Part shown: in pieces, positions 53,103 to 64,000 of the stretch
Numbering within the stretch: the first letter of the stretch is position 1
Layout of the letters: every line of letters begins with the position of its first letter
DNA from: Octopus vulgaris
Lineage: Eukaryota
Length of the DNA: 64,000 nucleotides
Direction: 5' to 3'
Assembly (NCBI GenBank): GCA_951406725.2
Contig: OX597819.1
Coordinates: 61,132,001 to 61,196,000 of the forward strand
The notes under the pieces: model-generated
Seen by the model: only the letters and a program-made list of their open reading frames with translations
Told to the model about the DNA's origin: nothing
The model's database searches: none
Position numbers and translations under genes: made by a program

Positions 53103-53103
<1 letters not shown>
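52734..53103 (+). mobile_element. SINE family B
   Basis: Near-consensus copy followed by (TA)n. Confidence 0.9.
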
Positions 53104-53176
<73 letters not shown>

Positions 53177-53227
53177 TTATACATACACATGTATTATATA
53201 CATGTATGTGTATGCATGCTGCGTGTC

Positions 53228-53607
53228 GTGACACTCCGTCGGTTACGACGATGAGGGTTCCAGTTGATCCGATCAACGGAACAGCCTACTCGTGAAATTA
53301 ACGTGTAAGTGGCTGAGCACTCAACAGACACGTGTACCTTTAACGTAGTTCTCGGAGAGATTCAGCGTGACACAGAGTCTGACAATGCTGACTCTTTGAA
53401 ATACAGGTACAACTGAAACAGGAAGAAAGAGTGAGAGAAAGTTGTGGTGAAAGAATACAGCAGGGTTCGCCACTACCCCTGCCGAAACCTCGTGGAGCTT
53501 TAGGTGTCTTCGCTCAATAAACACTCACAACGTCCGGTCTGGGAAGCGAAATCGCCATCCTACGACCGTGAGTCCGCTGCCCTAACCACTGGGTCATTGC
53601 GCCTCCA
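53228..53607 (-). mobile_element. tRNA-derived SINE with family E head and body and family C tail
   Basis: 53415-53607 matches 51657-51853; 53228-53415 matches the reverse of about 4225-4390. Confidence 0.8.
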
Positions 53608-54196
53608 CATATATTTGTATATATATGTTTGTCTACGTGTGTATGCGACATATTTGATCACCATTCAACTTCCTTATCTGAGTTGATAGTTTCTGTCATC
53701 CCTTATTAACTAAAGTCAGCACAGCCTTAATTTACTACATAACTAAAGCCTTCCCTTCTCCTTAAAGCCATAAATAAACTATTATCAAATAGTAATAAAA
53801 CTAGATATACAGTGAATACAGTAGCCAGCCTATATCAGTCGGAACTTTCTGGAAAGGCGTAAGACTGACAATATATGTATAAAATGACAAGCAGCGTTAA
53901 ATATTCCGACTCTTCTAAAATTAGATTTTTCAAAACTCCCTCATCTATCTTAATTAATTCTGGTAATAGCACTTGTTTTCAGAATAGAATAAGTTGATAA
54001 CTTGTAGCATTAGAAGTAATTGTGGTCATGATAATGCTAATGAAATTAAGAGGACGGTGACGATATCTGAGACAAGGGAGTACGAGACGACTTGTATTAC
54101 ATTATTATTTAGAGTTTTCCCGCTTTGTCTTCCTTCTTGGTTCCAAGTTCAAAACCCACACGGACAGAATTTATGTGTAACATTTTAAAGAGTTCG

Positions 54197-55138
<942 letters not shown>

Positions 55139-55599
55139 CAATTTGGTCTTGTACTTAATCAAAATATCTCTACATAATAACAACTGTATAAAAAAATAGA
55201 TTGGTTGGCTGATTTCTACAGGCACGTTTTACACCGTATAGAAAGATAGAGGAAGAGGATAATAGAGAAATAGAGAGAGAGAGAGAGTTGATACATGGTA
55301 GGTTTCGTTGCTGGCAATGCGTAAAGCAACGTTACTAACATACTTACCCAGCAAAAGAGAAAAGCTCAGACACAGAAGAGATGAGTGAGTAAATGACGCA
55401 GTAGTTATAATTTTGAGGAGTAGTATAAATGATAAATTTTTCTTTAATTTTATTTGAAGGTGATAATTTTTTTCTTTTGAAAATCTGTATTCATTTCATC
55501 CTTTTGGAAGAAAAGAGGATATTTGTTAACGTGAAATATGGATGAAGCAGAAGTGTCAATTCGTAAAGCATTTCAAATATCTCTATAGTTTTATTTCTA

Positions 55600-56016
55600 A
55601 TTTTGGCACAAGAAAAGCAATTTTGATGGGAGGGGCAAGACGATTACATTGACCCCAGTATTTCACTGGTACTTATTTTATCGACCTCGAAAGGATGAGA
55701 GGCAAAGCGGACTCCTGCGGAATTTAAACTGAAAACGTAAAGAACCGGAAGAAATACCACCAAGCAGCTCGCTGCCTTAATATTTCCATATATTCTTTTC
55801 TAAGGGGCTAAACACAGAGAGGACAAACAAGGATAGACAAACGGATTAAGTCGATTATATCGACCCCAGTGCATAACTGATACATATTTAATCGACCCCG
55901 AAAGGATGAAAGGCAAAGTCGACCTCGGCGGAATTTGAACTCAGAACGTAACGGCAGACGAAATACGGCTACGCATTTCGCCCGGCGTGCTAACGTTTCT
56001 GCCAGCTCGCCGTCTT
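55600..56016 (-). mobile_element. Old family A SINE (55600-55778) plus young family A SINE (55795-56016)
   Basis: TSD-like AATATTTCCATATATT / TATTTTCCCATATATT. Confidence 0.85.
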
Positions 56017-56892
56017 TATTTTCCCATATATTAGAAGTCAAAAAATGAATTCGATAAAGACTTCTTTCGTGTAGTAGTACGATAAACAGATCTAATTTCT
56101 TGGTATTTCATGATCAGAAATATCGAGCAATGAGTGACCAGCTTTGTTAACATCGCAGTGTTTCGAGAATTCCAAATACGTAAACTAACTACAAAATGCT
56201 AAAAGCAAGTTAAATAACAAACAACTTCAAAGAACCAAACACAAAATGTAAGTCGTGTTTTTTTTAAGAAAAATTTTAAAAAATTATAAATTGTAGACAA
56301 ACAAGAAGCCTTATCAACGCAAATCTCGTAGTTACTGGATGAGATTTGAAACGGGATCACTGAAACGGTAGACGAAAACTTATCGCTGAATCAGATGACT
56401 TAATAGAGTAACAGCTCAAATTATAGCACGATGAGTTCATTCGGAATTCTCAAGAATAAAATGGAGTACTCTGACGCGGAGTAGGTGTAAAATGGTGATG
56501 ACGATGGCGGGGGTGGTCGTGATGATGATGATGATTAATGTTAGGCTGTGTTCTACGAGGACCACCAATGGTTTTTCTCCGAATCACGTTTTCTCCTCCT
56601 CTTACCCTTTATTACGTTTGTGTATTTGCGCAGAAACATAATAAATGATCGTTGTCAACATTTGAAACTAAATAAGAACTGAAATGATAATCAATCATTC
56701 ATTTGTATAAAAAACATATTTCAACGAAAGCAATTGGTGGTTTGTTTTCTTAAAGCCGAAACAAAGCTGTTAATTCGCAGATAAAGTTTTGAAGTGATTT
56801 TATCAGGAAAACAATTTGTCTCTCGTGGGTTAAATTTAGCTGATGGTGACTGGCTGATAGCAGAACACAGCACGATGGCGGGTGTGGTTATT

Positions 56893-57156
56893 CTTTTATC
56901 TGTTACTTGTTTCAATCGTTGGACTGCGGCCATGCTGGAGTATCATTTGAAAGCGTTTAGGCGCACAAATCGACCCCAGGTCATATTTAGTTTGGTACTT
57001 ATTATATCGGGCTCTTTTTTTATATACAGAACTGCTATGTTACAGAGACATAAACAAACTAGCATCGGTTGTTAAGCAGTGTGTGCGGGTGTGTCTTTGT
57101 GCGTCTATTTACGTGTGTGTGTGTGTGTGTCTGGATAAACACAAACGCACACACAA

Positions 57157-57199
<43 letters not shown>

Positions 57200-57320
57200 T
57201 GTGTGTGTGTGTGTGTGTGTATGTATATAGTTTCTGTCTACCAAAACCACTAATAAGGCTTTGGTCGACCCGGGGCTATAACAGAAGACTCTTGCCGAGG
57301 GTGCTTCTTAACGGCACACT
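56893..57320 (-). mobile_element. SINE family B, diverged
   Basis: GACTGCGGCCATGCTGGAG tail, internal TG/TA tract and AAGGCTTTGGTCGACCCGGGGCTATA. Confidence 0.75.
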
Positions 57321-57842
57321 GAGGTTTGGTAGAACAAACAGGATGATTAGAGCACAACACGTGAGTATACTTACATACATACATACCTACATACATACAT
57401 ACATACATACTTAATATTATTTGTAATTGGCAGAATTTTAGAAAAGTGACTTAAGGCTGAGTGTTTCGTTCACGGTGCGTAACAAACCCAGCCAATTAGA
57501 GAAAGCTGAAATTCAAAATTCATTTGAGCGCCAATACCAGTATTGTTTGGAAAGCTGGCAGAGTCTTTAGTGAGAACATTTTGCCATATTTATCTCGACT
57601 ATATAGGCTCTAAGATAAAATCCGGTCGAGGTCTGCATTTTACCTTTCATCCTTCTCGATAAATTAAGTCAAAGTGAAGGACCATGAATTAAATGGAATG
57701 GTTACATGGTCACAGAAAATGCGTTGCAGTATCTGTTGTGAATCTGTGCATTCTGAGTTCAAATCTCGCCGTCTGCCACCAGAGAGAGAGAGTGAGAGAC
57801 AATAAAGTAAAATGATGATGCTTCCGACAACCAGATAGTATT

Positions 57843-57965
57843 TGTTTTCTACTCTAAGCACAAGGCCCCAAATAGTACTTAATTTATCGACCCCGAAAGA
57901 ATGAAAGGCAAAGTCGAGTTCGACGGAATTTAAACTGAGAACGTTTCTACCGGCTCGCCACCTTA
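57843..57965 (-). mobile_element. Internally deleted family A SINE with 16-bp TSD
   Basis: ACAACCAGATAGTATT on both sides. Confidence 0.8.
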
Positions 57966-58212
57966 ACAACCAGATAGTATTAGCAATTGAAAACTTCCTT
58001 TAGACGTTGACTTCGCGCGTTTAATTCCAGTGGTTTTCTTTTTGTATTTGATTTTGTTTTTGTTATCAGATGGCAGGATACAACCAGCTCTATCAGTATC
58101 TAATATATTTTCGTTCCTCCAAACTACATAGAGATGAAATTTTAGATACTTTAGTGATATTTCTGGTCTGAAACAAATAAATGTAGATTGATATATTCTG
58201 ACAAAATTTCTT

Positions 58213-58215
<3 letters not shown>

Positions 58216-58247
<32 letters not shown>

Positions 58248-58323
58248 GTAGATATATACAAATTATATATATATATATACGTAGATATATACAAATTATA
58301 TATATATATATACGTAGATATAT

Positions 58324-58354
<31 letters not shown>

Positions 58355-58365
58355 CGTAGATATAT

Positions 58366-58396
<31 letters not shown>

Positions 58397-58435
58397 CGTA
58401 GATATATACAAATATATATATATACGTAGATATAT

Positions 58436-58468
<33 letters not shown>

Positions 58469-58479
58469 CGTAGATATAT

Positions 58480-58515
<36 letters not shown>

Positions 58516-58611
58516 GTAGATATATACAAATATATATATACAATATATATATATATATATATACACGTAGATATATACAAATATATATGTATATACAATA
58601 TATATATATAT
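58216..58611. repeat. Composite minisatellite: nine CGTAGATATATACAAA units separated by variable (TA)n
   Basis: Counted directly. Confidence 0.9.
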
Positions 58612-58800
58612 TCTTTTCAGTTATTTCCCTGCGGCCATGCTGGAGCACCGCTTTTAGTCGAACAAATCGACCTCAGGGCTTATTGTATGTAAGCCTAGTA
58701 TATAGTAAAAGACACATGCCCAAGGTGCCATGCAGTGGGACTGAACCCGGAAACATGTGGTTGAGAAGTAAGCTACTTACCACACACCCACTTCTGCACA
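58612..58800 (-). mobile_element. SINE family B with central deletion
   Basis: Tail joined directly to head at GTAAGCCTAGTA|TATAGTAAAAGACAC. Confidence 0.8.
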
Positions 58801-60419
58801 CATATATATATATATTTGCATGTATGTGTATCCGTTTATTTATGTGCTTTTGTACATGTGCTCCTTTAATTACATGCGAGAATATATACATATGCGTTTC
58901 TGTTGGTTTTGAAATATATTCTTAGTGTGAGATTGCTGGCAATTAATCTATATTCATCAGTGTGTTGATAGGTGGTGGAGAAAATCGCTTTTGATTTATG
59001 TTTCTTTCGATATTTTGTTGTGGTAAACACTATTCTTCTCTTATTCACATACACACACACACAAGATCACACCCGTATATATATTTCACATTATACCAAC
59101 GCAGTGAAGTGAATGTGTATTCCCTAGACATAAACAAATGCGTATTTGAACTCAGATGTCTATACAAACTCAAATGTGTTTGGGTGTATGCATGAATGCA
59201 TATGCAAGTAAATGTATGTATGCATATGTAAGTATATGTACGTATATATATGTATGTGTGTGTGTGTGTGTGTTTATAAGCATCTATTTAGGTGGTAAGA
59301 AAGATGAATATGTATTTATCTAACCACCTGACCTCCATATGATTACGGCCGTTTCGCATGTAATAAAGTTTCAGCATGCAAGACATTATGCGCACATGTT
59401 TTCATTAATATGTATACTCAGTGTTACACAATACAATTGCATATTCACAGATTAGTGGAGGTAAAGAAAGCTAGCTCATGAGAACATCGGGATATCATGA
59501 TTACATGAACAATTCAACTCTGAATGCATACACAAAATTCACTCCCTTTGTACACAATGTAGGGAAAGCTGGAACTCGACAAAATTACACTGATTTAGTC
59601 AGGGTAAAGATATATTTTGTTACTATTATTATGGAAAAATTTCCTTTACACATACATGCACACACATGATTTCTTTTTAGTCAAATGAAAGGCGGTGCAC
59701 ATGATCTGTTTACAGGGTCTTCGAGACCGGTGAAAAAAAGATGTCTTCAGACCAAAGTGCTGATCAGAATTCTTGTAACAGATTGGACTCCTTTATAGGT
59801 ATTACTGATACTAGGTGGTGTTAAACTGGGCAACGTGCCAAGTCTTCTACCCCAGTAAGATTTGAACACAGAATACAAAGAGCCGGAAAAAATGCCGATA
59901 GGCAAATGGTCCGACGTTTTTATAGTTTGGTCAATCTACCGCCTAGTTTGCTGCATCTTTATCGACCTCGACCCACAAAATAAAAGCAGTTGACCTCAGC
60001 GTGATTTGAACTTAGACAACAGAAAGCCGGAATCATTACAGCAGAGCATCAGAGCATTCTGTCTGACGTTTTAGTGACTTTACCAAATCCTGTTGTGCGT
60101 GTATGTGTGAATGTATGTGTGCGTATGTATTCTGTGGTGGTTAAATAAGTATCCAGTTGCACTTGAAACATCCAAGACAGAATTCCAAAGCAACAATAAT
60201 GGCGAAACGCGCGTAGGAACTAATAATTGTATAAACTTGTGTTTCTCTTAATTTCTCCTACATTTGTTCTGTCTTACATAACTAAGTAATACTACAAAGT
60301 ATAGCAGTTACTTAACCACTTCACTGGAAGCATACAGGCATACGATAATGTACGTGGAGCTCTAAACATAACAGAAACGGCCGTAGATCTATTTGTACAC
60401 ACAAGATACGTTACACACA

Positions 60420-60716
60420 CACATCACGTGATCACGCAATAGATTGGATGTTACTATACATCGCTGATCACAATGCGATTTGTACCGTTTTAGCTTTCCA
60501 ATGACGCCACCCCGCTGGTTGGGCGAGCAGGCCAACATTCCCTCTGGTCGAAAGGGTAATCTGTCACAGGGTGTACCCATTTACAGTTGAGTAGACGGGA
60601 GCAACGTGAAATGAAGTGTTTTGCTCAAAAATACAACGCGCTGTTCGGTCCAGAAATCGAACACACGATATAGCGATTGTGAGGGCAACGAGGTAACCAA
60701 TAGGCCACGCGTCTTC
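60420..60716 (-). mobile_element. tRNA-derived SINE (V/CORE-like body, third tail type)
   Basis: Minus strand reads GAAGACGCGTGGCCTATTGGTTA...GTTCGATTTC...TTGAGCAAAACACTTCATTTCACGTTGCTCC. Confidence 0.7.
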
Positions 60717-60833
60717 ACACACACACGCACGCACACTCACACGCGCGCGCGCGCACACACACACACGCACATACATATACGTACATACATTATTTACATT
60801 TGACGGATATTTGTCCTCCTCTTGTTTGTTGTT

Positions 60834-60879
60834 AACACAACTTTTCGGCTGATAAACCCTCCTGCCTTCTTCAGGTGTC
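60834..60879 (-). ncRNA. Minimal type I hammerhead, same family as 23526-23570
   Basis: gacac CTGAAGA aggcag-gagggtttat-cagcc GAAAA GTT gtgtt. Confidence 0.7.
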
Positions 60880-61011
60880 TTGGGGAAATTTCGAACCTGG
60901 TCATTTTTCGATATAATTATTATTATTACTATTATTATTCAGGTCTCTGAATGGAATCGAACTCTGAAACTTGGGGTCAGTAGCCCACACTCTTAACCAC
61001 TACGCCAGGGC

Positions 61012-61404
61012 TTATAAATCTAATATTTTCCTATCCTTCTCTAATACCGGTTCCCATATGCTACTCATGTCAGCACCCGGTTTGCTTAGGAGGTTGTTGT
61101 GTCCTAACATATGTGCTGCTTCTTTTAGTTTTCGGATTTTCCAGTGGTATTCTCTATTATTTTAACTTCATCCCACAGGTGGATGTGGTCTCCGTTTTTC
61201 CATACATGATCAGCTATACCTGATTTATCAATATCTCCTTGTGTCACAGCTTTGCGATGTTCGTCTACTCTTATTTTGAGTGGGGCGGCATGTTTCGCCT
61301 TTGTATAACCAACCACAGCTGCATGGGATAGAGTACACGCAGTCTTTGGTCATATTCTCTTCTATTGGTGGTTTTACTCGGAGATATTTGCGAAGTGTTG
61401 AGTA
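61012..61404 (-). pseudogene. PLE (Penelope/Poseidon-like) GIY-YIG endonuclease fragment with two frameshifts
   Basis: STLRKYLRVKPPIEENMTKDCVYSIPCSCGWLYKGETCRP/LKIRVDEHRKAVTQGDIDKSGIADHVWKNGDHIHLWDEVKII/REYHWKIRKLKEAAHMLGHNNLLSKPGADMSSIWEPVLEKDRKILDL*. Contains the VY-x-IPC-x-C, GET-x-R, EH, DH and KEA motifs of PLE endonucleases. Confidence 0.88.
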
Positions 61405-61428
61405 ATACAACACTTCACAAATATCTCA

Positions 61429-61518
61429 TCGGTTGTCAAGCGATGGAGGGGAACAAGCACACACACACATACATACATACATACATACATACATACATAC
61501 ATACATACATACATACAT

Positions 61519-61557
<39 letters not shown>

Positions 61558-61750
61558 CACTATATATATATATATATATATTACACACAATGGGCTTCAT
61601 TTAGTTTCCGTCCACCAAATCCACTCACAAGGTTTTGATCGGCCCGAGGCTATATTAGAAGAGACTTGTTCACAGTATCACGCAGTGGGACTGAACCCAG
61701 AACCATGTGGTTGGGAAGCAAGCTTTTCACCACACAGCCACTCCTGTGTC
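61429..61750 (-). mobile_element. SINE family B lacking its 3' tail, abutting the PLE
   Basis: ATCGGTTGTCAAGCGATG...CCACACAGCCACTCCTG. Confidence 0.85.
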
Positions 61751-62569
61751 TGCTCATATATAGTTCTATGTATGTATGTATGTATGTATGTATGTGGGCA
61801 TAATGCATTTAGGGGCAGTTCATATGTATGTATGTATGTATGTATGATTGTGGGCCTAATGCATTTAGGGGCAGTTCAAAATTTTATGAGGTTTCTTTGA
61901 TCAAAGGAAGTTGCAGTACTTGGACTGACAAAATACGATGAATAAATTGTTATATGCTTGAGGCTGGTAGTAAACAGGAAAATACTATCGTCCACAGACT
62001 GGATTAAAGGCGGGTTTAGAAGTTAATATGTCGTTTGAAGGCATTTGTTGTTGGCAGAGAATAGCTATAAGAAAGAACACAAGTACACTTCTAAATTCAT
62101 GTTAAACTGGGTAATTATACTGTGGGCGAGCAGTTATTTGATAAGCTAAATTGATGCTAATCATTTGAGAACTCACTAGAAATACATACAATCAGTCTTT
62201 ATAGAAATAAGGGAAAAGAAATAAATGAGAGCAACACTAGACGGGATCCTGTCGATACGGAATTGTCTACAGAAGATCGATACCAATTCGTTTATAGAGA
62301 TTAATAGTGGTGATAAACAAGTATGGGTCGATTAAAAATCACTGGTTCACTACATTTTTGTTGGCGAGAGTAAGAATGAATTTTTATTCGAAATACCAGC
62401 CTTTATATTTTTACCTGTTTTTCTCTACGATATACTACGCCAAAAAACACACCGATACACAGGCTCGTAATGTCCCCTCTTAGCTGTGCGCGCACACAAG
62501 TTTTACAATTAGCGCACAAAGGAAAACACAAGACTCCTTTTTATTCAGATAATTATCAAGCAATTCTCC

Positions 62570-63178
62570 TCGCCTGGAGAATTGCTAGAAAATATGAGAT
62601 GTATAGTGAAAACAAACTGGACGATAGTACCCTGTCACCAGCGCCAGATTCAGGACAAATGAGGCCCTGTGATGGTTAAGTTACGAGGCCCCTTATTTAG
62701 ACAGTCAGACATATATGCTCAGAAAATCCATAGTAATAAAATTTTGGGGTAGGAAGATGCCCTCCTCACTAGTCGCCAGGAGAACTCTTAGAAAATATGA
62801 GATGTATAGTGAAAACGAACTGGACGATAGTACCCTGTCACCAGCGCCGGATTTAGGACAAATGAGGCCCTGTGATGGTTAAGTTATGAGGCCCCTTATT
62901 TGGACAGTCAGACATATATGCTCAGGAAATTCGTTGTAAGAAAATTTTGAGGCAGAAATATGCCCTCCCCACTGGTCGCCAGGAGAATTGCTAGAAAATA
63001 TGAGATGTATAGTGAAAATAAACTGCACGATAGTACCATGTCACCAGCACAATATTTAGGACAAATGAGGCCCTGTGATGGTTAAGTTACAAAGTCCCTT
63101 ACTTGGACAGTCAGACATATATGCTCAGGAAATTCATTGTAAAAAAATTTGGGGGCAGGAAGATGCTCTCCCCACTGG
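62570..63178. repeat. Three tandem 203-bp units
   Basis: Units start with TCGCC at 62570, 62773 and 62976. Confidence 0.92.
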
Positions 63179-63232
63179 TCAACGGGACCCTGTGCTTAAG
63201 CATACCTAAGCACAATGGTAAATCGGGCACTG
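62639..63232. mobile_element. hAT-type MITE (about 188 bp) with triplicated left end
   Basis: Left TIR CAGCGCCGGATTTA (variants at 62639, 62842, 63045), right TIR TAAATCGGGCACTG (63219-63232), 8-bp TSD CCTGTCAC. Confidence 0.82.
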
Positions 63233-63341
63233 CCTGTCACCTAGTGAACGTTTTGTCACCAACAACATAACACATTGTACTGGATTACATAGTATCACTC
63301 AAACCGACTTGACACATGCATGAACATCATACACGCGCACG

Positions 63342-63400
<59 letters not shown>

Positions 63401-63669
63401 ACACACACACACACACTGTCTCACTAACATACAAACCCAAAGAATCCAACAAGAAGGTTACATTAAAAAGTAATAATCGAAAATACCTGAACGCTACATT
63501 AACATATTTCAATTTCTAGAGAAGACGCTATGAGGTCAAATGCTAAGGTTAAGAAATGCCCCAAAGAAAAGTGTCTAGGTTACTGGGTACAATCTCATTA
63601 TAATAAAAAAAAAAGCAACAAAAACTGCCGACATAATTATTTCGTATAACCAACATTACATTAACGAAT

Positions 63670-63713
<44 letters not shown>

Positions 63714-63779
63714 GTGTGTCGTGCGCATGACTAATAAACATCCTTGTTCTGTTCTCGCCTTCCTACGAAATGCATGACA

Positions 63780-63838
63780 CACCATCGCCATCGTTATCAC
63801 TATTAACAGCAACGCCATTATGGCAATCATAAATGTAC

Positions 63839-63873
<35 letters not shown>

Positions 63874-64000
63874 GCAGCAGCAGCAGCAGTCGTCGCCATC
63901 ATTATCATTGTCATCGTCGTCGTAATCAATATCATCATGACCAACACAATCATCACCATCATCACCCTCATAATCGTCGTCGTTGTCGCCGTTGTCGTCA
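63780..64000. repeat. Mixed trinucleotide low-complexity tract, (ACT)n(GCA)n(ATC/GTC)n
   Basis: Visible directly. Confidence 0.85.

Larger units (their letters stand above)
60787..61428 (-). mobile_element. 5'-truncated Penelope-like element: GIY-YIG C-terminus, tRNA-like segment, (AAT)n, hammerhead; short 5' inversion
   Basis: Endonuclease remnant and HHR (listed separately); terminal hairpin GAGATATTTGCGAAGTGTTG / CAACACTTCACAAATATCTC at 61382-61428. Confidence 0.88.

Noticed and set aside
58216-58611. CRISPR-like repeat-spacer appearance
   Set aside because: Spacers are only (TA)n, the repeat is 16 bp, there are no cas genes and the context is eukaryotic.
60180-60222. Hammerhead 3' half (tggc GAAAC gcgc GTA ggaa)
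   Set aside because: The CUGANGA strand is missing; at most a decayed remnant.
62570-63178. 203-bp tandem repeat as a retrozyme array
   Set aside because: I found no hammerhead core in the unit, and hAT TIRs plus an 8-bp TSD explain it.
63549-63971. 140-aa hydrophobic ORF
   Set aside because: Product of trinucleotide and (CA)n low-complexity sequence.

Overview
AT-rich eukaryotic non-coding DNA, probably intronic or intergenic. The repeat families and extreme microsatellite density point to an octopod cephalopod (Octopus); this is pattern recognition, not a database result. I found no intact host gene, rRNA, genuine tRNA or CRISPR array, and almost all listed ORFs are translations of microsatellites or SINEs. 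The window is a mosaic of: (i) more than 40 tRNA-derived SINE copies from several modular families; (ii) Tc1/mariner, pogo/Tigger, hAT and Merlin-like MITEs and Helitron remnants; (iii) long (TA)n and GA-rich tracts; (iv) Penelope-like element (PLE) remnants, including two GIY-YIG endonuclease fragments, five fold-back inserts beside (TA)n tracts and about ten minimal hammerhead ribozyme (HHR) motifs. Three observations stand out. First, one PLE carries a tRNA-like Pol III head, (AAT)n and an HHR directly after its stop codon, and the same module occurs as a stand-alone insert (candidate Penelope-mobilised SINE). Second, four unrelated HHRs share a non-canonical CCGANGA (U4C) core. Third, one SINE family repeatedly lies 15-35 bp upstream of older tRNA-derived heads in the same orientation. 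Coordinates were read by eye and repeat boundaries are approximate.
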